Origin: Octopus bimaculoides
Taxonomy: Eukaryota
Direction: 5' to 3'
Assembly: GCF_001194135.2 (NCBI RefSeq)
Contig: NC_068982.1
Span: 10,339,481-10,400,456 of the forward strand
Length of the DNA stretch: 60,976 bases
Position 1 is the stretch's first letter. Every line of letters starts with the position of its first letter. The notes beneath the pieces were generated by a model. The model made no database searches and was not told the DNA's origin. It saw nothing but the letters and a program-made list of their open reading frames with translations. Below are positions 48,265 through 60,976 of the stretch, one piece after another. The position numbers and the translations under genes were made by a program.

Positions 48265-50043
48265 ACATTGAGACACGCACAAAGTACGAAATTAATCTGT
48301 ATTTTTGGCAGAGTGAAGTGATTCCACAGGACTGGTGTGATGTGATTATGGTGATACTCTATAAATTGAAAGGTGGAAAGGACGTCTGCGATAATTTTGT
48401 GCTAGCTGTGAGTGGAAAGGTCCTTTGTAGGGTGACGCTTGATAGATTGCATCTGCATATTGCGTATGAGGTTCTACCAGAATTGCAATGTAGATTTAAA
48501 GGTGGTAGGAGAACTATGGATATGATATTTTCAGCTAGACAGTTACAAGAGACTTATATCAAGTTTTCATTCATCTGATAAAGGCGTTTGATTCTGTAAA
48601 TAGAGTTTCACTTTGGAAGATCTTGAAAAAAATGGGCTGTGCTGAAAATTTATGAAAATGCTAAAAAACAATTTCACAACGGGATGGAGGTGAGAATTAA
48701 TGGTGGAGGTACCTTCTCAGATGCAATTTCTGTAGAAAATTGTCTGGAACAAGGTGATATTCCTTCTCCTGCCTTGTTTGCTCTGTATTTTACAATAAAC
48801 TTTCAAATAGCCTTCAGAGATTGTGCAGAAAGGGTCTATAAAAGATATGGTACAGCTGGAAAATGTTTAAATCTCAAAAGACTTAGTGCCAAAACAAAAG
48901 TTCTTCATTGTCACATCATTGGGTTCTTACATGCAGATGATTCTAACCTGTTAGCACATTCCAAGGAAGATATGCAACACATGATGAATGCGATTTCTAC
49001 AGCACGTACAGCATTGGTCTTTATAATTAACTTGAATATAACTATTCTAAGGTATCAACCTGCTCCCTCTGAGATTTATATAGAAGCTTCTGTAACTGTT
49101 TACGGACAAAGGTTAAAAGTTGTAACTAAATTCATATATTTAGGAAGGAGTCTAAGGACAACTGGTCTTGATAATGAAATTTCACATAGAACCAGCAAAG
49201 CTAGTAATGCCTTCGGTAGGCTTGACAAGCGCCTCTGGTCTCACCATAGGATATCTATCCAAATGAACGTTAAAGTTCATAACATGTGTTCTGCCATCAT
49301 TGCTCTATGGAAGTGAGACATGGGTTATTTATCGTAAATATTTGAAGCATCTAGAATGATTCCATCAACATTGTCTTCGGAAAAGTCTTGGGATGAACTG
49401 GAGAATGGTGATCGGTGATGTAGAGGTACTTGAGAAAAGTTATAGTAGGAGTGTAGAATCGATCATTCTTCAAAGTCGTTTGAGGTGGCGTGGATATCTG
49501 TTGAGAATGAATAGTAAAAGACTTCGTAAGCATCTCTTACATGGTGAGCTGAGAGATCATAAAAGGCCAGCACATAAACCCAAAATAGAGTCTAAAGTCT
49601 ACCTTAAACCTGCTTTGACACAAACAAATATATAAGATATTGATTGGGAGAGAGAAGCACTGGACCAAGATAGATGGAGGAAAAGAGTGCACAGTGGCTG
49701 CTTGAAATTCGAAAAAGAGCGAATAAAGCAAGAGAAGATCAGGAGGAACCTTGGAAAGAATGAACTAGAAGAAAATGAAAGAGTATTGATTTTTAAGTGT
49801 ATGATTTGTCGGAGGAAATGTTTCAGTCACGCAGGCCTAGTAAGGTATGATACAGTTATTGTTGACTACAGAATATGTGCAACCCAACGAAAGGTTTGCC
49901 CTTCATTTGGAGGATTAAAAAGACTTCATACTATGGGAACGGTTCCTTCTGCAACCCAGCACAACTGTGCATTATGCAATAAAATGTGCAAGTCTTTGGC
50001 AGGGTTCAAGAGTCATATAAGCATTATCAATGACTCGTTTTAA
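48265..50043 (+). pseudogene. RTE-clade LINE, 5'-truncated; RT plus C-terminal zinc-finger region, decayed
   Basis: IPQDW..LYKLKG..GKVLCRV..LPELQCRF..RRTMDMIFSARQLQE..KAFDSVNR..LEQGDIPSPALF..FLHADD..FIYLG..ASNAFGRL..LRWRGYLLRM..LLHGEL; stops and frameshifts. Confidence 0.92.
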
Positions 50044-50432
50044 TGATTTTAATGATTCTTTCTAGCAATGGATTTGCTCGTATACAAGAAAGCAGCCACT
50101 ATATANNNNNNNNNNNNNNNNNNNNNNNNNNNNNNNNNNNNNNNNNNNNNNNNNNNNNNNNNNNNNNNNNNNNNNNNNNNNNNNNNNNNNNNNNNNNNNN
50201 NNNNNNNNNNNNNNNNNNNNNNNNNNNNNNNNNNNNNNNNNNNNNNNNNNNNNNNNNNNNNNNNNNNNNNNNNNNNNNNNNNNNNNNNNNNNNNNNNNNN
50301 NNNNNNNNNNNNNNNNNNNNNNNNNNNNNNNNNNNNNNNNNNNNNNNNNNNNNNNNNNNNNNNNNNNNNNNNNNNNNNNNNNNNNNNNNNCATATACATA
50401 TAAATATTTATACATAAGTTTATACGCACACA

Positions 50433-50475
<43 letters not shown>

Positions 50476-51019
50476 AGATACATACGCGTGCACAAATGTT
50501 CACTTAGAGATTTTGCCCGTCTAATAGCGTATATTAACAGTGAAAAAGCGTAAAGATAAAGACAGACCATACTATAATTATTTTTACTAGTATGTCTATA
50601 TATTTAGTAGATGAAAGTGCAAACATTAATATAACTGCCGAAGAAGCAAGGATACTAATCATAAAATAACATAATCATTTCCCTTTCTTTTTACTTTTAA
50701 AGAAGTACATAAAAATCATAGAATAATATAGAATCTGAAGTGGGGTCTGCGTAGCACATGATCAACTGAGAGCTCTTCAAATAAATAACGGCTGCTGTAA
50801 AAATACTGAAACCTTCCATGTACTACAGCTTTAATTTAAGGTGCCTAAAGCAAGCTAATGTTCGTATTTCGATCAATATTATACTTTGAAACAAATATCA
50901 TCCATCACGTTTTCACACAAACATATAATTTGAATAATAAAATTACTGCCAAAAATAGATATCCTTGTCTCGATGAACAGAGCCTCAATATTTCTTACCA
51001 GAGTGGTTTAGCGGTATAT

Positions 51020-51231
51020 AGGTATACTCTTTTACTCTTTTACTCTTTTACACTTTTAGTCGAGCAAATCGACCCCAAGACGTATTGTTTGTAAGCCTAG
51101 TACTTATTCTATCGGTTCACTTATGCCTAACCGCTAAGTTACGGGGACGTAAACACACCAGTAGCATCAGTTGTCGAGCGATGTTGGGGAGACAAACACA
51201 GACACACAAACGCACACACACACACACACTC

Positions 51232-51264
<33 letters not shown>

Positions 51265-51420
51265 CGACGGGCATAGTTCAGTTTCCGTCTACCAAATCCA
51301 CTCACAAGGCTTTGGTCGGCCCGAGGCTACAGTTTGACTGAACCCGGAGCCCTTTGGTTGGTAAGCAAGCTACTAACCACACAGCCACACCTGCGCCTAT
51401 TCACACAGCCACTCCTGCAG
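51020..51420 (-). mobile_element. SINE family B with internal deletions and duplicated head end
   Basis: Matches 36050-36464. Confidence 0.8.
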
Positions 51421-51654
51421 TTTCCCACAAATATAGATTTTGAATACCCTTATTTTCCTATAGGTATATAAATTTCTTTAAACTGTCTCAGCCTTAAAGC
51501 AGCGGTCATGCTGGTGCATTAGTATGTATGTATGTATGTATATACGCATGCATGAGTGTATATATGTATGTATGTATGTACGTATGTACTATGCACTTTT
51601 ATAGGATACGCACACGCACACATACACACACAATCCCGTATATATATGTGGGGG

Positions 51655-51875
51655 GTGAAAGCACATGGCTCAGTGGTTGGAGCGTGTAGCTTACAAACGT
51701 GAAGTCAAAAGTTTGATTCCCACACCGGCCTGTGTGTAGTGTTTTCGACCAAGACGCTTCGTATCTCATTGTGACGTCACTGGTTTCATGCTGTATCGAT
51801 CTTTGCCTTCCACTTGAACAACATCGGGGACGTGAATAGGGAAGAACTGTTTGCATGGGCGATTGCAGGTCTTCC
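51655..51875 (+). mobile_element. tRNA-derived SINE, family G (single copy seen)
   Basis: A-box-like GCACATGGCTCAGTGGTTGGAGCG and B-box-like AGTTTGATTCCC followed by a SINE-like body. Confidence 0.55.
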
Positions 51876-51968
51876 CCACACTCTCTAGGTTCAATCCACA
51901 GTCGTTCGTTATCAGAGATTTGTAATACTTACACACAAACATACGTGTGTGTGCGTGCGTGTGTGTCT

Positions 51969-52033
<65 letters not shown>

Positions 52034-52039
52034 TGTGCA

Positions 52040-52286
52040 TAGGCGCAGGCGTGGCTGTGTGGTAAGTAGCTTGCTTACCAAGCACATGGTTCCGGTTTCA
52101 GTCCCACTGCGTGGCAACTCGGGCAAGTTTCTTCTACTATAGCCTCGGGTCGACCAAAGCCTTGTGAATGGATTTGGTAGACCGAAACTGAAAGAAGCCC
52201 GTCGTATATATGTGTGTGTGTGTGTATGTGTGTGTGTGCGCGTGTGTGCGTGCGTGTGTGTGTGTTTGTGTGTGTGTGTGTTTGTT

Positions 52287-52317
<31 letters not shown>

Positions 52318-52555
52318 ACGTGTGTGTGTATCTGTGTGTATTTTTGTGTCTGTGTTTGTCCTCCCCACCATCGCTTAACAACCGATGTTGGTGTGTTTAC
52401 GTCCACATAACATAGCGGTTCTGCAAAAGAGACCGACAGGATAAGTACTAGGCTTACAAAGAATATGTGCTGGGGTTTGATTTGTTCGACTAGTGGCGGT
52501 GCTCCAGCATGGCCGCGGTCAAATGACTAAAACGAATAAAAGAATAAATGAATAA
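52040..52555 (+). mobile_element. SINE family B, full length with internal (TG)n
   Basis: GGCGCAGGCGTGGCTGTGTGGTAAGTAGCTTGCTTACC head through GCTCCAGCATGGCCGCGGTCAAATGAC tail. Confidence 0.9.
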
Positions 52556-53564
52556 AAGAATATATATATATATATATGTATGTGTGTGTCTCTCTCTCTA
52601 TATATATATAGACCACACATACACATATATACATATAACGTGTATGTATATATAATATATATATATATATATATAAAAGAATATATATATATATATGTAT
52701 GTGTGTGTCTCTCTCTCTATATATATATAGACCACACATACACATATATACATATANNNNNNNNNNNNNNNNNNNNNNNNNNNNNNNNNNNNNNNNNNNN
52801 NNNNNNNNNNNNNNNNNNNNNNNNNNNNNNNNNNNNNNNNNNNNNNNNNNNNNNNNNNNNNNNNNNNNNNNNNNNNNNNNNNNNNNNNNNNNNNNNNNNN
52901 NNNNNNNNNNNNNNNNNNNNNNNNNNNNNNNNNNNNNNNNNNNNNNNNNNNNNNNNNNNNNTAAATAACTGAATTATACTTTATTAATTTAAAATTCAAG
53001 TAAATTCAAATTGTTATTAGTTTTCCACAGATATAGATTTTCAATATCCTTATTTTCGATCTTCCTAACACCTTGAATTACATTTAATGTGGCTTATTTG
53101 TCAATTTCGTAAATGATGTAATTAAATAAATATTTATAATGTATTTTTGGTAATAGTTAATTATGGTGGTAGACTTTTAATGTAATTTTATTGATGTTTA
53201 TACTCTAGCCGATAATCTTGGATGCAGTTAATTAACTAATTTGATTATTATGTACTTACTTAGAATCTAAAACCGGTGTTTTTCGCTAAACAACTGTACA
53301 CATTCAAAGTTTCTTAGAATAAACTTTGATTGATAACGCAAACAGAATTCTGTAATTCTTGTGAGAAGTTATTGTCGACTACACTCATGTCAGTTCTTGA
53401 CTATTATTTCTGTTATCGACGCCAGATGGATGAGATTAAAGACCACTAAATCGAGATTAGAACTCAGAATGTACAGATATTCTTCAAGGTATCTGATCTC
53501 GCTATCTGCTACCTTGGAATCAACATTAAAAACAATCTTCTTTTATAGACATTGAAATAATCCT

Positions 53565-53770
53565 TTCTACGATAGGCACAAGGCCTGGATTTTGTGGGGA
53601 AGAGGACATTCCATCATTGACCCTAGTACTGAACTGCTACTTAATTTATCGACCCGAAAGAATGAACGGCAAAGTCGACCTCGGCGGAATTTGAACTGAG
53701 AACGTAGCGACAGGTGAAATACCACTAAGCACTTCGTTCAACGTGCTAACGATACTGCCAAATCGCCGCT
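53565..53770 (-). mobile_element. SINE family A (tail type 1)
   Basis: GGCAAAGTCGACCTCGGCGGAATTTGAACTGAGAACG. Confidence 0.8.
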
Positions 53771-53844
53771 TTATAAACATTAACATAATACCAGTTATTC
53801 ATCATGGTAGAGAGCATAGTTATTTAAGATAGGTATTTAAAATA

Positions 53845-53892
53845 CGCAGGAGTGGCTGTCTGTAAGAAGCTTGCTTCACAACACATATGTTC

Positions 53893-53943
<51 letters not shown>

Positions 53944-54147
53944 GCACAGGCATGTGTGTATGCGTGTCTGTGTTTGTTCCCCACCACTGCTTGACAACCG
54001 GTGATGGTGGGTTTACGTTCTCGTAACTTAGCGGTTCGCAAAAGAGATCAATGGATTAAGTACTATGCTTTACAAAAATAAGTCCTGGGGTCGACTAAAA
54101 TTCTTAAGGCGGTGCCCCAGCATGGCTGTAGTCAAATGACTGAAACA
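53845..54147 (+). mobile_element. SINE family B with internal deletion
   Basis: Head and 3' half present; middle replaced by (TA)n. Confidence 0.8.
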
Positions 54148-56974
54148 CTAGCGTAGCTAGAATGCGTACAGCCCGGGGCAGCCCGTCCGTTTGCCGCCCC
54201 CGCACCCCACAAAGAACACATATTCCCTATAGCAGACCCAAAAGTGCCGCCCCATATATCCGATCTATCTGCTTTCCAAGAATCGAGATGAAAATAAATT
54301 CGCTTATTTGCATTAAGATAATACAACTTATTCATCATGGTGGTGAACTTATAGTTATTTAAATTATACATAGACAAATATAATTGTAAATTATGAATTA
54401 AAAATAGAAATTTTCTTCCCTTAAAAGGACACTTCGCCCACCCTTCTGTTTCTCAGTAAACTCTCTTTCTCTCTCACTTTTATTTCGAAAGCAAACGTAG
54501 GTGGCATCACCAACAGTCGCCATTTAAATTTCCCTAAATTATATCCACTTTTGTCTATTTTGTAATTGTATAATACTATCACAACATTTCAAATAAATGT
54601 TATTATAAAAGAATAGATGCGTTTTGAATGATAATTTTGAGTCGAAGAAAATGAAATTATTTTATTATTTCCCAAATTACATCGCTTGCCAAGGATGTAG
54701 AGCTTCGCAATTCCATCTTCACGGGGGACTTATAGGCTCTTCACAACTTTTAGATAGCTTCAAGTAGGAATTAGGCGATTTAATTGATGTGGGCGATTTA
54801 ATTGATTAGGCTGCGTATAATCCCGTTTATTCATTTCAGGTAAGACGAGAATTGTTCCATTAATCGCAAGACAATCTAGATATAGTTACCAACAAAGGCA
54901 TGATATGTCATTTTAATCAGACTGCAGTAAATAAACGGCGATGTGATATTAAAGCGATGCATAAGCTCTGGTATTCGGGAGGAAAATTAATCTGCAAAGA
55001 TAATCAATCAACAATATTTTCTTCATTAATACAATATATATAATGATTGGATGATATGACTCATATCAAACAGATTCTCATTAAGTCGGTTCCGTGCCGA
55101 TAACACAGCACTTTTTGTTTTGTATTACGATATGCTTTACGCAATATCATTCAAGGTAATAGGGCATTGATCAGAATCTGTTTTTCAGAATATGTTCTTG
55201 TAAAGGAAATCATATTAATAGTATAGGAATGAAAATCCATGAATAACATCGATATAAAAGATTCGTTTATTTTGTGAGTATTTAGTCAGCAATGCGTAAG
55301 CGAACCGTATTGGTTTTGCTGTGATCAAGAAGGGGTAGGTTTTTAATTTCCTATTTTGGTTTCTAACTTTTATAAACGTTGACTTTTTCTATATTTTCGA
55401 TATAAGCGGAGGCATTTCCGAGACAATTGATTGATATCAGCGCTAAATTTTTTCTTATTGTTGAGAAAGTTTCCACAAATATCTCCGAATAAATTAAAAA
55501 GGTGATGGTATTTTAACAAATAGACTAGAGCTATAGGTTTGTTTAAAGAGATGAAATTGAGGCAATGACAATGAAAAACACGCTTGTTTTAAAAGAATAT
55601 TGGAAAATTTTCTCTACCACTGGTTTCACTTGCCCAAAAAACTTCGTGATCAAATGTTACAATGGCCTTTGTAATTCAAATAACAAATTCACAGTAACAG
55701 AATTAGATGTTGGACAAAAAGATTTCTGTTTTCATTAGCTGCTTGGTATCTGTAATCAATTCCTTTCGCAATTTGTAGAAATATTTGAATAATATTTTAT
55801 ATCATTCTCAAACAAAAAACTACAGAGTATTCTTGTGGAAAGGTTAGGAAGGAAGGCAAAGTATACCTTGTCAAATCGCAGCTCAGAAAGTACAACAACG
55901 TAACGAAATATTGCAAAGCAGTCACCCTAAAGCTGTTTCCGTCACTCGTTGCCATTTCCTGGAGTCTTATTAGATAAATATTTCAAATTTTCGCAACAAA
56001 AAGTGAGCTATGGACGGACTATGGCTATTCATGTAAAATACGTAATAATATGATGTTACATTGTCTATTTCAGTACACTAGTTTTCCTCCGGAAATAATT
56101 GATTTGTACGCATTTAGCAATATTCACATGGTTCTTTTTATAGAAGTAGCTGACAATCTAATTTATATAACAGCATTTTGTGTGTATAGTCTGGAAAATA
56201 AATGTTCTTTGCATTTGCGGTAAGGAAATGGACCGTTTTACCAAATTCTGTTTGGGTCGTAACACACTGCTATTTGTAATTGTTTATATGATGTTTGAGC
56301 CTTTGGCACAATCAGAAATAGAATATAACTATTTATCAAGTAGCCTGAACAAAACATCGTTAGTTTATTGCATTTAGTTTCTTTACACAGCCATGCATCA
56401 TATGCATGTATGCACACATAATACATTTAAGTGAAGTGTTTGTGTGCACATTATGCATATTGATATTGCACTTGATTTTGCCTGAACGCTATTACATCCA
56501 CGAAATCATACGTGCAATTTTAGTTATGTCCAGCTATTAGTATGCTAAGCAGTTAATATGTTATGCTTGAAAACACGGCCGGCATACTACGATTTTACAT
56601 AATATGCAACCAAGAACATCCAATTCCAAACTAAAGAAACACCCGGTAATTAAACACACCTATCCAGTTGCAGAAATCAGAAAAAAAGTTTATATATTCA
56701 AATACTATAAGATTAATTACGCAAGATTAGATTTTGAAAACTTCAATGCCTGCATCGTCTTCTCCACCTGAGTAAGTGACGTTTTTTTAAACTGAACTAT
56801 CTTTCAAAGCTTATCATGAACGAAAAGCTTGAATTCATTTCTTAACTCGTCGATGTTTGCCGTATAATGCCATGGAGTGATGGGTGTCATCCAGTTGCCG
56901 CTCCTCTTTAGTTATATCTTATAAATATAGTTTTAGACTTTGTTACACAGCCAACAATTTTAGTGGGAGGGTGT

Positions 56975-57110
56975 TAGACGATTACATCGACCCCAGTGCT
57001 TCTGTTTGACTGGTAATTATTTTATTTGTCCCGAAAGAATAAAAAGTAAAGTCGACCTCTGCGAAATTTGAACATAGAACGTAAAACATCGGAAGAAATA
57101 CCACAAAACA
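56975..57110 (-). mobile_element. SINE family A, diverged
   Basis: GATTACATCGACCCCAGTG..AAAGTCGACCTCTGCGAAATTTGAAC. Confidence 0.65.
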
Positions 57111-58425
57111 TCTTTTGCTTGATGTATTGAACGATGCTGAGAGTCTCGTTATGTTTTGTAGATATTGTCTACAATTAAAAGCAGATAAAACCAAAAGCTT
57201 TCGGAAACCATGATGTTTTTTTAAAGATTTGATCAGAGACCACACTTCTTTTTTTTTCTTTTTGTTCCTTAGTAATTTCTCTATTTGCAACTAGATAGAA
57301 TCTCCTACTTTATAAGAGACGTCCTTATACTCCGTGAAGCATCTGTATTGAACGTCTATAAACATGATTTGGAAAGATGTAAACTTTTGAAGATGGTGGG
57401 CACAACCACAAATCTCAAGGAGATAAAGGTATGTAAATCTCGTTTTTTGGCTGTAAAAGTTCGTGAATGAAAATATTTCTTGCCGATAACTTAACACTAA
57501 ACCAAAAAGAAAAAGAAGAAACAACCATTCTGTGGTTAAGAAAATAAGGAACAACTAAAAATGAAATAATGCACACGTCTATTTACATAAATTGAGTGTT
57601 CAGAAATATAGAAATAGCATTCACCTACATTAAAAAAAAAGTGTCAGATCGCTAACCACATGGATGAAGAGAATTCCTTGTAGCTACGTAAACGTAGAAC
57701 CAAAGAAAGGCAAAGAAAAACACACCGTTTCATGTACATATAACATACTATCTTTTAAATACCCATTCAGTAAAATACGCACGCACACACACAAATTTAC
57801 AGCAGCACACACATACGTATATACTGTAATAAACTCATCCACATGTAGGTACACACATGCAAATGGACGCATACATACATTAGTGCATACATATCAGAAT
57901 GCACACTCATTGCATCAACCTAGACCCATACCAGCGTACACATACTTAATATATCATACTTTAAATATGTATGCATATATGTGCGTGTATAGGCAGACTC
58001 GAGTACACAAATATTTACATTAATGCATCTTACATCTACGAGGTCTGCGCAAAAAGAAGACGGACTTCCAAACAACTTACGAACTCGTCACTACGATGCT
58101 GTGCATGGATGACTATAATGTTTAGTCTACTAATAAATAAATGCCCTCATTGTCGTTAGTTACCCGTATATACATTAGAAGTTGAAAGTATAATCAGTGC
58201 ATTTAATGATTCGTGAGTACAAACAGGAAAGATGGGAGAGCATAATGTTTGGATGAATTCTGCTTCAAATTGAACGAACGTTGATGTCTTGCAAACAACT
58301 CGCATATGCAAGTGCTACCAGTCGAGGACTCTGCATACCGGAAGCCAGCAAGTGTATGGGGTCATCAACTGAAAATGCGCGCCGTTTTGGGGCCTACCTC
58401 TCGACGGCATCAATGCGCAGTAATT

Positions 58426-58572
58426 TCTTCTGTTTTCTCATGACGTTCACATACAAGGTCAGTATTTTCAGCTATTCCATAGCACACAATTGACGGCCAT
58501 TGTATTATCTCTTGTATGTTTCTGCACTTACTCCAGTATTCTACTAAATGAGGCGAGGGTAATTTACCGGAC
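58426..58572. repeat. 147-bp exact direct repeat, copy 1 (partner 59662-59808)
   Basis: No mismatches found by eye; offset 1236 bp. Confidence 0.9.
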
Positions 58573-59300
58573 TGATATGAGGCCCCTCTTGCTAGATCAA
58601 CTGGTTATTAAAAACAAAGCTCAATATTTCTCTAGCCATCGCTCATCGTCTCTTTTTAACCAAATCCAGTGGCTTGCCTTCTCCCCTGTATTTTAGATAT
58701 CACTCATGGTGGTTTTTACCTTACGATGAGTTAGGCCTAACGATAACAACAGTCGTCTCACACTGTGTCCAACAAACCCTCTACATATCGAATATTCTCT
58801 TTCACTCCAAACAATTCCTTCCCTGTATCGTAAATTGAGTTTGTTAATTTTCCCAGTTTCTCCACTGTAGAGCCTGTCATTTTATAAAGAGCTCGACATA
58901 CATCGTTTTCAAACTCTTTATATCTCCCTTTCTCATTAGCAGCAGGTCACAAAACCCTCGGTCTCCTCCGAGTACTATCTGATGCACCAGTCTCATGACT
59001 TGCAGTTTCCTGACGGGAAGACGCCTTTGCTGTAGCATTTATCGATCAGCTGTAGTTTGGGTCCGGGGATGATTTGCCACGTGTTTTGCGATCAGATGAT
59101 CTACACTGCTCTGTCTTCTTCTCACAAGTCTTTCCCTGATGTATCTTCAAGTCTCTCACAGTTGCAAATGTTCTACAGCACAGCCTGCATCCAAAGTTGT
59201 TTCGTTCGCTTATAGAAGCGACTTATATCTTTTTACAAAGTTTCGTAGGCTGTGGTGTAGTTTAGTCAAGTGTGATGTAGATTTCCGAGCATCTTACAGT
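58573..59300 (-). mobile_element. HERO-clade RLE non-LTR retrotransposon with the RT deleted
   Basis: Minus: CRLCCRTFATVRDLKIHQGKTC..RRPRVL*PAANEK..LTNSIYDTGKELFGVKE fused near 58785 to CRGFVGHSVRRLLLSLG..EKASHWIWLKRDDERWLEKY* (stop 58623-58621). Confidence 0.75.
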
Positions 59301-59661
59301 TTACAGAAACATAGACATACAAGTTCATGACGTCTTGTGAATGTCAGTCATATAAATGTACATACACGTATAGTAGGATACAGTAGTTGAGTGGTTGACT
59401 GCTGAACGGCTTTGCGCTGCAATGTCATGATTAATACGAATTCATTGTACGCCTCTCGCGGGTTGATTTGACAAGTCTGCTGAGATTCAGCGTTTCATTT
59501 CAAGTCTGCTTATTACAGAAATAGCTTATTCTACATACTATGAGTACAATAAAAGATAATGGCATAATAGTTAACTGGGTTGCTTCTACGATTCGGTTGC
59601 GAAGGTGTGTTTGAGAACTTGGAGTTTGAAAGATATTGCGTACAACCATGGAGAAAAGGTC

Positions 59662-59808
59662 TCTTCTGTTTTCTCATGACGTTCACATACAAGGTCAGTA
59701 TTTTCAGCTATTCCATAGCACACAATTGACGGCCATTGTATTATCTCTTGTATGTTTCTGCACTTACTCCAGTATTCTACTAAATGAGGCGAGGGTAATT
59801 TACCGGAC
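59662..59808. repeat. 147-bp exact direct repeat, copy 2
   Basis: See copy 1. Confidence 0.9.
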
Positions 59809-60284
59809 CTTCAGGTACCAAATTATTTCCGAGAGTAATGTAAAATTTCTTTTCCCTTTAGATATGCTACATGTATGAGGTAATCAATGTGTTTTCTGTA
59901 AAGCCGTGACGTTTGTGTCCCGACGAAAAAGTTTTAAAAATTGGCTTACATATATCTAATTCATTTTACCACAGCATCACCATGCTTCACTGTAAGATCT
60001 CTAAGAACTTGTAGCTGAGTGAATATACGGAAACAATATAAATAACACAATTGTCAAGAACATGAAACGCATAAAACATATTTCAAATACTTAGAATCTT
60101 AAATGGTTTAGATATGCATAAACAGCAAGCTATGTGGCCGTACAGCATATACGGAGGCACGCACTGTCATCAGAACCGTTTGTAGTAAATCGTGGAACGC
60201 AAACGTTTATATCATAGTGATTAACTTTTCAATTTAATATTCCATTCTAAGACTGACCAAATTGAACGTATCATATTGGTTTCA

Positions 60285-60490
60285 GACTTTGGCACAACGC
60301 AAGCAATTTCGGGTGTGGGGTAAGTTAATAACTTCCACACGAGTGATCAACTTATACTTACTTTATCACTCTGAAAGAATGAGAAATAAATTCGACCTCG
60401 GCGGAGTTTGAACTCAGAACGTAAGGATAGACGCAATGCCGATAAGCAATTTTCCCGGGATGCTAACGAATCTGCTTGCTCACCGCTCTA
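60285..60490 (-). mobile_element. SINE family A, diverged
   Basis: TTCGACCTCGGCGGAGTTTGAACTCAGAACG..GCTAACGAATCTGC..CACCGC. Confidence 0.7.
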
Positions 60491-60976
60491 ATTCAGCCTG
60501 TCATATTGGGTTTATGTGAACGCATGAAAATGTTTTTGTAAAGATGAGCTGATGGAAGGATCTTTTCATGAATCGGGGCATGTATATTCCTGTTTCTATC
60601 CCTGCATATATTTGTGCCTGATAGTACACGTTTACCTGTGTGTGTTTATGACTCTGTTGAGTAAGTTTGAGAATGTATATGCGTATGCATATAAGTGAGT
60701 TAATTCTGAAGACTGTGTTTATAGACTGTCTTCAGTTTTTAAAGTACTGCATAATGAAATGAATAAGACAAAAATAGCATAAAATTTTATTCGCCTTCAA
60801 AAGGGAAATTAATTATCAACAGAAAGTAAATATATATATATATATATATAAATCACGAGTTAATTAACATGCATAGAAAAAGAACTGTCTAAAGTACTAT
60901 GTACTTTTTGGTACATTTGACCTCATTAGCATAGTTATTTCCGTTAGCCCTATCTCGCTTTCTGAATATATATATA

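Noticed and set aside
52555-52757. About 120-bp tandem duplication of TA/CA/CT low-complexity sequence
   Set aside because: Directly abuts an N-gap; likely assembly artefact.

Overview
AT-rich, microsatellite-dense eukaryotic DNA with seven N-gaps flanked by (TA)n or other simple repeats. The SINE-family and microsatellite composition is most consistent with an octopus/coleoid cephalopod intron or intergenic region (inference). No intact host protein-coding gene can be supported. The ORF track is mostly microsatellite translation plus decayed transposon fragments. Recognisable elements: an array of R4/Dong-clade RLE retrotransposon fragments in (TAA)n tracts; a full-length dead Hsmar1-like mariner with TIRs and TA TSD; relics of Chapaev3/CMC-like, Helitron, mariner, RTE, Penelope-like (PLE) and HERO-clade elements; two Helentron-type HINEs; and about 30 tRNA-derived SINE copies from five or six families. 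The most interesting system is a small non-autonomous element made of a tRNA-like Pol III head, an (AAT)n spacer and a Penelope-type minimal hammerhead ribozyme (HHR). At all three loci it is inserted as an asymmetric inverted dimer inside a single 11-12 bp TSD. A second, unrelated PLE-like insertion also carries inverted HHR-bearing arms. All family assignments come from motifs recognised by eye, not database searches. Coordinates are exact where TSDs/TIRs are quoted and approximate elsewhere.
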